Positions 17,120-25,461 of a stretch of 64,000 nucleotides of DNA are shown piece by piece. The notes under the pieces are model-generated. The model made no database searches. It saw only the letters and a program-made list of their open reading frames with translations, and had not been told where the DNA came from. Each line of letters begins with the position of its first letter. Position 1 is the stretch's first letter. Position numbers and translations under genes: made by a program. The stretch is from a virus: positions 1-64,000 of IMG/VR virus record IMGVR_UViG_3300030117_006323; one strand, 5' to 3'.

Positions 17120-17337
17120 AATGGCTTGACAAATTTAGGAAGAAGCCAGAAGTATCTAAACGCCGTTACTACTGCCAGTGTGGTGGTATCGAAACAAGGC
17201 AAACGACTCTAGACGAATGGGACCCACACATGTTCCGCCCAGAAAAACAACAAGTCATCTGGGAATACATACCATCTGAAACAACGGAACGAGTAGGTAT
17301 GAAAAGCGATAAGCGTAGATACAGGGGGAACATTTGA
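17116..17337 (+). CDS. small protein with CxC and PIP-like box QTTLDEW
   Basis: ORF track plus motif. Confidence 0.6.
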   Translation: MKWLDKFRKKPEVSKRRYYCQCGGIETRQTTLDEWDPHMFRPEKQQVIWEYIPSETTERVGMKSDKRRYRGNI

Positions 17338-17450
17338 TGAAGTGCGAAGTTGAATCTTGTCGCGCTCAGAGACATCCGGGCAAGCGTAGATGCCTAAGTT
17401 GCTTTGTCATGGGAAGGAGGGGTGATGTTGGACACAGCCAAACAAAGTAA
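17337..17450 (+). CDS. 37-aa Zn-finger microprotein MKCEVESCRAQRHPGKRRCLSCFVMGRRGDVGHSQTK
   Basis: Manual translation; TGATG coupling; Cx4C…CxxC. Confidence 0.6.
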   Translation: MKCEVESCRAQRHPGKRRCLSCFVMGRRGDVGHSQTK

Positions 17451-18378
17451 AATCTCTACATACGCATGGTCCCCGGATGATGACTCCGGTATGATTCTCC
17501 GTGTCACCAAGTCCGCTTTGGGTACTTTCAATTGGTGTAAGAAACAGTATGAGTTTGAGAAAATGATGGGCCTGCGGGGTCTAACTCAGCCTCATCATAT
17601 CCGTGGAGTTAATTTACACAACGCACTAGAAGAATTCTATGAGCGCATTGACACCGATGTAGTGCTTGAAGCATTAGATGCCGGGCTAAAGCAGAAGGCC
17701 TTGGCTCTCGTCTATGCTGCGTTCCCACCTCCTGAAGAATTACATCGACACGAAGAGGATGAAGCATCTGGAACCACTGTGTTACAGTATGGTGAAGGAG
17801 ATGGTATCAGGACACTAGCAGAGTGGGAACTGGAACGAATAGAAATCACCAGAGGTGAAGAGTTCATGCCGGTCGGGAACGAACAGTGGGTCGATGTAGT
17901 CACTGAAATCGAAGTGGATGGTCAAGTAGTACCTATCGAAATTCGTGGGTTCATTGACCGCATCTTCCGCGATGAGGCTGGTGGTCTTGCGTTGATGGAA
18001 TTAAAGAGCGGTAAGTGGAAGGGCAGCAAGGTGTCCAGCATGCGACAAGAATTAGCCGTGTACAAATTCCTGCTCGATGAGAAACGCAAAACACCCGAAG
18101 GGAAATTGTGGTTAGCGGAACGTGGTTTGGATGCACCAGTCACGCATTGGGGCTGGAGGTTCCCTATGGGTGACATCAATGGAGGCGATGGACCGCACTG
18201 GGACTATGAGCCTGTGAAGAAGCAGAGCATGAATGCAATGATGAAGAGGTTGAAAGACCTCATTCGTGCTCACTTGAAACAAGAGTTCCCCCCTGTGGCT
18301 GATGCATTCAAGTGTTCATTCTGTGACCAAATGTCTTACTGCCCAGCGTGGGCCCATGAAATGGAGGAAGGATTATGA
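17425..18378 (+). CDS. Cas4-like / RecB-type PD-(D/E)XK exonuclease with 4-Cys Fe-S staple
   Basis: S…WC..QY, G..LH, RGFIDRI, ELKSGK, CSFCDQMSYC. Confidence 0.85.
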   Translation: MLDTAKQSKISTYAWSPDDDSGMILRVTKSALGTFNWCKKQYEFEKMMGLRGLTQPHHIRGVNLHNALEEFYERIDTDVVLEALDAGLKQKALALVYAAFPPPEELHRHEEDEASGTTVLQYGEGDGIRTLAEWELERIEITRGEEFMPVGNEQWVDVVTEIEVDGQVVPIEIRGFIDRIFRDEAGGLALMELKSGKWKGSKVSSMRQELAVYKFLLDEKRKTPEGKLWLAERGLDAPVTHWGWRFPMGDINGGDGPHWDYEPVKKQSMNAMMKRLKDLIRAHLKQEFPPVADAFKCSFCDQMSYCPAWAHEMEEGL

Positions 18379-18707
18379 CGCTAGAAAGCACAAAGACATC
18401 TATTGAAACCACTCTTAATTTTCTGCTAGAGTGTGGCTCTCTTCAATTGAAAATTATGCCATTGAAATCTGGAGTTACGTGGCAAGGATTCATCGAAAGA
18501 CAAACAACATTGGATGAATACTATGACGTACTCGATTATCCAGACAGTCTACAAGGTCCCCCTGAAATCACCATCCACCTCAATAGCAAACTGCTGAAAG
18601 AGAAGGAAGAATTGAGTGAGGCCATACGTGAGATGTGTGAGTATGTCCAAGTCATCAATGGTAAAGGATGGTGTGAGCCAGTTCAGAGAGGGCGGTATTT
18701 CGCATGA
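18375..18707 (+). CDS. hypothetical protein with canonical PIP box QTTLDEYY
   Basis: ATGA-coupled at both ends. Confidence 0.65.
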   Translation: MTLESTKTSIETTLNFLLECGSLQLKIMPLKSGVTWQGFIERQTTLDEYYDVLDYPDSLQGPPEITIHLNSKLLKEKEELSEAIREMCEYVQVINGKGWCEPVQRGRYFA

Positions 18708-19942
18708 GTTTTTTCACATGGGATTTCCCAAGAGAAGTCTTAGACATTCAGGCTTCAGGTGCTAAAGGCTTCAGAAGATTAGTGGCTAATTCATCTGCAC
18801 TTGAAAGATACTGGGCAGGTAAGAATGGTTTAGCCAACGCTTACATGACAGTCTATGGGTACCGGGCAACACGCCCTCCTAAGCACCACCGCTGTGATTA
18901 CAACACACCAATCATACGCCACTTTGTTATGGATTTTGATTGCAAAGACTTCCGTACACACAAACCTGTCGAGATGGATGTCCCGCTTTCACAGGTCAGA
19001 GAATTACATACCTTTCTCATGGAGGCCGACATTAAACATGCCGTCTGGTTCAGCGGCGGGGGATTCCATGTTTGGGTAATGCTCGATGAATCACACATGC
19101 CTATGAGTGGCAGAGAAGTATCTCGCGTCAAAGAAGCAGGTCGTCGTGTGCTCTCTCTTTGGGAGTCCAAGTTTGGTTTGACCTGCTCTGACCCTGCTGT
19201 TCCATTTGATACATCCGGGATGATTCGTATCCCTAATTCTTACAACGACAAGAAGGGACTTTGGTCTATCCCATTGACAAGCAAGGAAATCATGGAATGC
19301 GAACCAGAGCAGATTATGGAAATCGCTCTTAATCCTAGGCGGGGTGTATTCTCATACGGTGAGAAAGGAGTTGAGTTACAAATCAGAGAAGTCGCTCCTA
19401 CACCGTTCAAATCAAGCACACCTAAGTTGGACATTGCGACAGCCCAAATGGATGGTGTCAAAATCCTGCCCTGTCTAAATGCAGTCGCGTGCCAAGAGGG
19501 GAATCCTGACCACTTCCCTCGCGTTTATCTCGCTCAGTTCTTATTGCACAGATTACGTTGGTTCCATCCTAGGACTAGCCAGAGTCCAGAGGAAAGGAGG
19601 AAGGCCGTGGAAAAGGTGGTTCAATTCATGGGCTCCCTAGGTTGGGCTGATTGGGATGAGGCGGTGACAACCAAGCATGTTCAACACATCGCAGAGAAAT
19701 ATGATGAGCACCCTACCTGCGCCACATTGTTCTCCAAGGGCTATTGTTTAGGCAAATGTCAATACCACGATGGGACAGGCATCGGACATGCGGCTCACAT
19801 TGAAGGGAGTGTTGGAGGGGAGCGCAGTATTATCTCTTCTAGCAATGGCTCTTCTATGGTGGGGGGCCCTGTGGGCACTACTAGTTATCCTGTGGCCCTT
19901 GGAACGCGCTTACCTTTGGTGGAAGGGGGCTTGAGACAATAG
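18704..19942 (+). CDS. archaeo-eukaryotic primase: PriS catalytic domain fused to PriL C-terminal Fe-S domain
   Basis: DFD, SGGGFHVW, D..GMIRIPNS; then LPCL…H..R…TC…C…C. Confidence 0.85.
   Translation: MSFFTWDFPREVLDIQASGAKGFRRLVANSSALERYWAGKNGLANAYMTVYGYRATRPPKHHRCDYNTPIIRHFVMDFDCKDFRTHKPVEMDVPLSQVRELHTFLMEADIKHAVWFSGGGFHVWVMLDESHMPMSGREVSRVKEAGRRVLSLWESKFGLTCSDPAVPFDTSGMIRIPNSYNDKKGLWSIPLTSKEIMECEPEQIMEIALNPRRGVFSYGEKGVELQIREVAPTPFKSSTPKLDIATAQMDGVKILPCLNAVACQEGNPDHFPRVYLAQFLLHRLRWFHPRTSQSPEERRKAVEKVVQFMGSLGWADWDEAVTTKHVQHIAEKYDEHPTCATLFSKGYCLGKCQYHDGTGIGHAAHIEGSVGGERSIISSSNGSSMVGGPVGTTSYPVALGTRLPLVEGGLRQ
19788..19934 (+). CDS. 48-aa membrane microprotein MRLTLKGVLEGSAVLSLLAMALLWWGALWALLVILWPLERAYLWWKGA
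   Basis: Manual translation; long hydrophobic stretch, nested in the low-complexity tail of the primase ORF. Confidence 0.55.
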   Translation: MRLTLKGVLEGSAVLSLLAMALLWWGALWALLVILWPLERAYLWWKGA

Positions 19943-20646
19943 TCCGAGCGCCCGTTCTGTTCATAGATTCAAATGAACGCGGACCCCTCTGCAATGCAGT
20001 CGAAAGAAGCGCCGAAAAACAAGGCATCACAATCGTCAGAAAGAATCTACCTGTAGGTGATTATCTCTCAGGTAATTCTGTTATCGAAGCGAAGAGCATT
20101 GGTGACTTATTCCAATCATCGCATTCAGGTCATCTATGGAGGCAACTGGATAACATGGATGCGAACTATGACCGATTCTTCTTGGTTGTCCATGGGACCA
20201 TATCCAAATATCTAGCCATGGCTAAAAATAATGGTAAGAAAACATCCTATTCTAGAGTGCAGAGTGAACTCACAGGGACACTAGCGAGAATCATGGCTGA
20301 CTTTGATTGCCAAGTATTCTGTACAGCGACACACAGTGAAGCCGCTATGTTCATCACCAAATTACACAGTAAGACACACAAGTCTGCCAGTAGACATGGG
20401 GCTAAGGCATTGCGGAGGGTGTCCACAAATGATGTACGAGCAGACATGCTACTCACGATACCCGGATTCGGGCCTGACCTCGTAGATAAGTTGCTAGACA
20501 GATGTGGCTCTATTGAAGAGATGATGCATGAGAAATCACTGAAGGAAGTACGTGGGCTCGGAGGTACGTTGCGGGCTAGGCTGATTGATGTCTTGACCAA
20601 AGAGGAACCTGTTCTCATTGAGCGTAAAACACGCTTGAAATCATAG
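19939..20646 (+). CDS. XPF/ERCC4 (Hef-like) structure-specific nuclease with tandem HhH; start codon uncertain
   Basis: In frame upstream of ATG 20155 are IDSNE, LPVGDY, IEAKS..DL..S and L..QL; C-terminal IPGFG…VRGLG. Confidence 0.85.
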   Translation: MVRAPVLFIDSNERGPLCNAVERSAEKQGITIVRKNLPVGDYLSGNSVIEAKSIGDLFQSSHSGHLWRQLDNMDANYDRFFLVVHGTISKYLAMAKNNGKKTSYSRVQSELTGTLARIMADFDCQVFCTATHSEAAMFITKLHSKTHKSASRHGAKALRRVSTNDVRADMLLTIPGFGPDLVDKLLDRCGSIEEMMHEKSLKEVRGLGGTLRARLIDVLTKEEPVLIERKTRLKS

Positions 20647-20647
20647 G

Positions 20648-20705
20648 TAGGTTTATGTATTGCCTCCGCCGCGAGGCAAACCTAACCCTTTAAGAACCGA
20701 CAACA
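20648..20705 (+). promoter_or_regulatory. hairpin (TTGCCTC/GAGGCAA plus TAGGTT/AACCTA) followed by promoter motif copy 5 (20687-20705)
   Basis: Direct reading of the intergenic region before the helicase gene. Confidence 0.6.
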
Positions 20706-20727
20706 GAAATAATTGCGAGTTGAGAAA

Positions 20728-22152
20728 ATGGTAAAACACTACACAGATTACGCAGTTGTTCAGAAGTACCCTGTCATTAAGGGTTACCTAGACCACTACC
20801 GAAGGGTATCCAAAAACAATGACATCCCGGGCTTCCTATCCTTCTTCTTTGTCCAAGGTCAATTGACTGCACCTTTCGTGCGCATTCCTATGGACGACAT
20901 ACATCTAGACACACGCATCCATGTGTTTTGGATTCAGGGCAGTCGTACTGGTAAATCTATCTCATGGGGTTTCGTGGCTAAGATGCTACGTGAACTCGAC
21001 TTAACACCTGAAGTGTACACAGAAGGCACAGATGCAGGTCTGATTGGTGGATGGGATAGAGAGGAGACTGACGAAGGAATCCAACTGACAATTAAAGAAG
21101 GCTTGCTCGCAGGGCATAAAGCCCTCAATTTTGACGAGGGTAGCGTGTTGCTGAAGCCGGGTAAGTTTAGCCAGAACACAGTCCTGTACCTACAGACAGC
21201 ATGTAACCCGATTGGGAGCGAAGAGAACACGCTCAAAAAACACACGAAGGATGGTCCTATCGAATTGGAATCCATGGTGTCTTTATGGATTACAACTTAT
21301 CCTCCTAACGGGGTAAAGGAGTATGTTTTGAACAAAGGTATCTTTCAGCGAGTCCTCTTGTTCTGGCGGAACTGGACAATGGACATGCGAAAGGGCATTA
21401 GCGAAGAGCGCGCTATCCTACCGTGGGGTGAGTCTAGTGAAGCCACAATGGAACTGACAGACATCGTTGAATATTTCAAAGAACTCCAAGGTGCTCTGAC
21501 TAGTCGCGTGCTTTCATTCCCTTACGAAGGTGAGGGTGATTTGAAAGGCACGAAGTTGGATATTCTTCAATGGGAAGGATTGGACAGGAGTGAGCAAGAA
21601 AAGCATGTCCAACGCATCGCACGAAAACTCTTCACCAAGGATGAGACTTTCAACGGAAGTATGCTCGATGCTGTAGACGCTTACTATTCAATGGTACGAG
21701 GCATGGACCCAAAACTGGGCGAGGTTGTTGCCTCTTTCATTCCCGGTGTAGTCAACTATACCATCATCCTCTCTACGCATTTGGCTATGGTCGAAGGCGT
21801 CTGGAAGGTAACGGGTGACCACGTACACATGGCTACTGAAATTTTGTATGACCTGTTCCAGAATCTTATCCTCTGGTTGGAGGAAGAGGTTGAAGTAGGG
21901 GCGAAGGCCGGAGAGCGCCGTAGCAGAGAAGCCGCATGGAAGGAAGGCTTCGCTAAGTGTGAGAAGTATGACTTGGATGATAGGCGTGGAGATGGCTGGG
22001 TCCGCAAAAGTCAATTGCTTGAAAAGTATGGGCAAGCACAGAACCTATCGAGGAACTCTTGCTTTACGCACTTTGAAAGAGGTGGATACATGTTCAATGT
22101 CACAAGAGAAGGGCCTTCGATATACGTCCGTCTGAAGGAGGATTATTCATGA
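20728..22152 (+). CDS. MCM-like AAA+ replicative helicase
   Basis: Walker A QGSRTGKS, TDAGLIG, GLLA, Walker B NFDE, putative Arg finger FQR. Confidence 0.7.
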   Translation: MVKHYTDYAVVQKYPVIKGYLDHYRRVSKNNDIPGFLSFFFVQGQLTAPFVRIPMDDIHLDTRIHVFWIQGSRTGKSISWGFVAKMLRELDLTPEVYTEGTDAGLIGGWDREETDEGIQLTIKEGLLAGHKALNFDEGSVLLKPGKFSQNTVLYLQTACNPIGSEENTLKKHTKDGPIELESMVSLWITTYPPNGVKEYVLNKGIFQRVLLFWRNWTMDMRKGISEERAILPWGESSEATMELTDIVEYFKELQGALTSRVLSFPYEGEGDLKGTKLDILQWEGLDRSEQEKHVQRIARKLFTKDETFNGSMLDAVDAYYSMVRGMDPKLGEVVASFIPGVVNYTIILSTHLAMVEGVWKVTGDHVHMATEILYDLFQNLILWLEEEVEVGAKAGERRSREAAWKEGFAKCEKYDLDDRRGDGWVRKSQLLEKYGQAQNLSRNSCFTHFERGGYMFNVTREGPSIYVRLKEDYS

Positions 22153-22763
22153 GTAAGGTAATGGCAATAGACATCGAGACAAGTAACTATTCACACGAAA
22201 TCGGTGGGTGGGATAACACATCCATGTTCGACCCTACAGTGGTGACCACATACGATGGGGAGGTGGGGACTGTTTATTGCAACAAGGCTCTTGACCCATC
22301 TGGATTCCCTGAAGGGACTCTCTTCAAAGAATTGCACCCAAAAGTGTTAGGCGAGGACCTTGATGAGTTCGTACAAAAAGGCGGGCGCATCCTCGGACAC
22401 AACATCATTGGGTTCGATTTGCCTGTATTGCGCGATGCACTTGATTGTTGGACAGCAGGTGATTTGTTGCAGAAAAAAGATAGCCTTCTAGTGGATACAT
22501 CACGACTCAGCAAACAGGCTAAGATTCATTTCCATGACTTGAATACACTCTCACGGCACACCCTAGACGATGTGAAAAGCCAGTCTAGCGCAGATGCTCC
22601 CATCATGTGGAAGCAAGGGCGCTACAATGAAGTGGCTGCATATTGTCTGAAGGACAGCCAATTGACACACCGCCTATGGTCACACGGATGTGAGCATGGC
22701 ATCATCAAGTCACGCTGCAAAGATACTGGCAGCGTCATAGAAATCGAGGTGGAATGGAATTGA
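22149..22763 (+). CDS. DEDD 3'-5' exonuclease (RNase H-like/YprB-type)
   Basis: IDIET, GHNIIGFDLPVL, YCLKD. Confidence 0.85.
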   Translation: MSKVMAIDIETSNYSHEIGGWDNTSMFDPTVVTTYDGEVGTVYCNKALDPSGFPEGTLFKELHPKVLGEDLDEFVQKGGRILGHNIIGFDLPVLRDALDCWTAGDLLQKKDSLLVDTSRLSKQAKIHFHDLNTLSRHTLDDVKSQSSADAPIMWKQGRYNEVAAYCLKDSQLTHRLWSHGCEHGIIKSRCKDTGSVIEIEVEWN

Positions 22764-24307
22764 CCGAAGAACAGCAAAGAGTAGTAGTGGTGCGCGACGA
22801 GCAGCCACAAAAAGGAAGAGAGGCACAGATGCACAACATCCGTGCGGCCAAAGCGGTGGCAGACACAGTGCGTAGCACACTCGGCCCTGCTGGTATGGAC
22901 AAGATGATGGTGGATGGACACGGCAATGTCATTGTAACCAATGATGGAGCGACCATCCTCCGCGAATTAGACGTAGCACACCCGGGTGCAAAGATGGTCA
23001 TTGATATGGCTAAGACCCAAGAGAGCGTATGCTACGATGGAACGACCAGTACAGTAGTGCTCGGTGGACAACTTCTAGGGAACAGTGAACAACTATTCCA
23101 GAAGGGTCTGCACCCTAACGTAGTGTGTCGTGGTTTCCATCAAGCATCGCGCTGGGCTGTAGAACATGCCCAGAGCCTACCCACAGGTAGTGTGAGCCTC
23201 AATGATGTGGCGCGCACAGCGATGACAGGCAAGACAGTTGAGCACGCAATTGACAAAGCGGCTGACCTGTGTGTCTCTGCGGTCACAGACGCGCAAGGAG
23301 ACCCCAAGAAGGTCCGTGTTGTCTGTCAACCCGGTGGTTCTATGGAAGAATCTCATTTGTTCCCCGGTATTATTTTGCAAAAGGAGTTCGTATTCCCAAG
23401 CACAGGTGTGAAGAACGCCTGTCTATTGGTGAATACTGGTTTTGAACCAGAGAAGGGACAGCCGGGACCCGGCATTCAGTTCTCTTCAGCAAAAGAAGCC
23501 AAACAATTCTACACTGACCAAACACGCAATGTGTTGTTAGATTCAGCCAAGACTGTCATCGAAGCAATGCCGGACGGTGGTGTTCTATTCGCTCGTGACG
23601 GTGTTCATGAACTGATTGCTAAGCATCTGTCAGATGCAGGAATTGATGTGGTACGCCGCGTCATGGAGAGTGATATGATTGCACTATCCAATATGTTGGC
23701 CATGCCTATTGCTCATGAGCCCTCCGATATACCTGCATCAGTAGCCACTGGTATTGGTGAGTTCAAAATAAGCATCCGAGAGGATACGATTGGGGATATG
23801 AAGTTCGTTGTTGTCGAAGGTTCACCTGAACATGTATCCACCCTCGTCCTACGTGGGGCTACACGTGCTACACTCGATGAGTATGAGAGAGCCTTTGAAG
23901 ATGCGATTGGTGTAACCAGTTTGGCCTTCAAGGATGGCAAGGTGGTGTCCGGTGGAGGAAGCGCTTACATCTCTATGGCCCATCATCTACGTACACGTGC
24001 AGCAGATATGGGAGGGCGTGAGCAGATGGCTGTAGAAGCCTTCGCAGAGGCGCTAGAGATTATCCCTGCTACTATCGCAGAGAATGCAGGACACGACCCA
24101 TTGGACACAATTCTCGCACTACGTAACGACCACGCAAATGGCCAAATAGAATCTGGCCCTGATGTAGAGAATGGTGGTACATGCTCAATGGCTGATAAAT
24201 CAGTCTTTGAACCATTATCGGTAGTCACACAGTCCGTGCAGAGTGCAACTGAGGTAGCCATCAGCATCCTACGTATTGATGACATCATCAGTAAGAGGGC
24301 TGCATGA
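22754..24307 (+). CDS. group II chaperonin (thermosome subunit)
   Basis: STLGPAGMDKM, TNDGATIL, DGTTS, GGG, FAEALE.IP..IAENAG.D, ILRIDDII. Confidence 0.95.
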   Translation: MELTEEQQRVVVVRDEQPQKGREAQMHNIRAAKAVADTVRSTLGPAGMDKMMVDGHGNVIVTNDGATILRELDVAHPGAKMVIDMAKTQESVCYDGTTSTVVLGGQLLGNSEQLFQKGLHPNVVCRGFHQASRWAVEHAQSLPTGSVSLNDVARTAMTGKTVEHAIDKAADLCVSAVTDAQGDPKKVRVVCQPGGSMEESHLFPGIILQKEFVFPSTGVKNACLLVNTGFEPEKGQPGPGIQFSSAKEAKQFYTDQTRNVLLDSAKTVIEAMPDGGVLFARDGVHELIAKHLSDAGIDVVRRVMESDMIALSNMLAMPIAHEPSDIPASVATGIGEFKISIREDTIGDMKFVVVEGSPEHVSTLVLRGATRATLDEYERAFEDAIGVTSLAFKDGKVVSGGGSAYISMAHHLRTRAADMGGREQMAVEAFAEALEIIPATIAENAGHDPLDTILALRNDHANGQIESGPDVENGGTCSMADKSVFEPLSVVTQSVQSATEVAISILRIDDIISKRAA

Positions 24308-25233
24308 TGACTGAGGAAGTCGAGCATATCACAAAATGCCCTGAATGTTTGAGCCGAAATATCGACACCGATATGACGCGAGGAGAGACAACGTGCATAG
24401 ATTGTGGCCTTGTTTTAGATGACAATCTCATAGACCCGGGCGCAGAGTGGCGCATCCACACGATGGAACAAGGACAAGACAGGTCTAGAACAGGTGCACC
24501 GATGAATACGATGCTACACGATAAAGGCCTGAGCACAGACATTGATTGGCAGAACAGAGATTACTCTGGAAAGAAAATCAATGACAGTAGAACACGTTCA
24601 CAACTGTATAGGATGCGTAAGTGGCAAAAGCGTGCGCGTATCGGCAATTCCCAAGAGCGTAATCTGGCTGTTGCTCTCGCTGAAATCGACAGAATGTCAA
24701 GCAAATTAGGTTTGCCTAAGATGGTGAGGGAGGCAAGCGCGGACTTGTACCGTAAGTGCGTTGAAGCCAACCTCATCCGTGGGCGTTCAATTGATGCTGT
24801 AACTGCTGCATCATTGTATGTGGCGTGCAGACAGTGCAACATTCCAAGAACACTTGGTGAAATCGGAAGTGCTGCTCGGGCCGGTAGAAAAGAAATAGGC
24901 AGAACTGAGAGGTTCATCAAACGCGAATTGAAGATTCGTTTACCTGTGCAAAGGGCCGCTGATTATCTGGCTAGGTTTTCTAGCATGCTAGGTCTCGATG
25001 CACAGACAGAACTTGTGGCTAGGCGCATGTGTGATGAATTAGAACTGAGGGAACTAGATAGTGGCCGTGGGCCCATGGGTATTGCAGCCGCTACCTTGTA
25101 CATCGCAAGCGTGCAAACGGGACGCAGGAGGACACAGAAGGATGTCGCTGATGTCTGCGGTGTCACCGAAGTGACCATTCGTAATCGCTACAAGGAGATT
25201 GTGAACTCACTCAACCTCGATTTGACTATCTAG
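24304..25233 (+). CDS. tfb: transcription initiation factor IIB (TFB)
   Basis: Zn ribbon CPEC…RGE..C.DCG, EWR, RTGAP…HDKGLST.I, two cyclin repeats, VTEVTIRNRYKE. Confidence 0.97.
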   Translation: MMTEEVEHITKCPECLSRNIDTDMTRGETTCIDCGLVLDDNLIDPGAEWRIHTMEQGQDRSRTGAPMNTMLHDKGLSTDIDWQNRDYSGKKINDSRTRSQLYRMRKWQKRARIGNSQERNLAVALAEIDRMSSKLGLPKMVREASADLYRKCVEANLIRGRSIDAVTAASLYVACRQCNIPRTLGEIGSAARAGRKEIGRTERFIKRELKIRLPVQRAADYLARFSSMLGLDAQTELVARRMCDELELRELDSGRGPMGIAAATLYIASVQTGRRRTQKDVADVCGVTEVTIRNRYKEIVNSLNLDLTI

Positions 25234-25461
25234 AACTCGGCCCCAATTCTGGCTACGAAGGATAGCATATTCTTTGGCGTTCTCGACTGCCTTGGGGTAC
25301 TCCTTCCCATCCTTCCAGATGTGGCTACAACTAAGACACTCCCATAGGAAAATGCGAGTACGTGCATGGTCCGCGTAATGACCTGTGATGCGCTTAGGGA
25401 AATCAACCACTCGGCACTGTGGGCATTTGCGCTTGAGTTTATCGAGCAAAGCGCCCATCAT
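25207..25461 (-). CDS. small Zn-ribbon protein
   Basis: CPQC…WECLSCSHIW; last gene of the - strand block. Confidence 0.65.
   Translation of the reverse strand: MMGALLDKLKRKCPQCRVVDFPKRITGHYADHARTRIFLWECLSCSHIWKDGKEYPKAVENAKEYAILRSQNWGRVLDSQIEVE

Noticed and set aside
17425-18378. Cas4-like gene as part of a CRISPR-Cas system
   Set aside because: No cas1/cas2 or array in the window; solo Cas4-like nucleases are common in archaeal virus replication modules.
14467-22152. Inteins or introns in PolB, primase or helicase
   Set aside because: Protein lengths are compact with contiguous motifs, and no intein splice motifs were seen.
866-25178. Numerous - strand ORFs of 60-150 aa in the left half
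   Set aside because: Antisense shadows of tightly coupled + strand genes, with no recognisable motifs.
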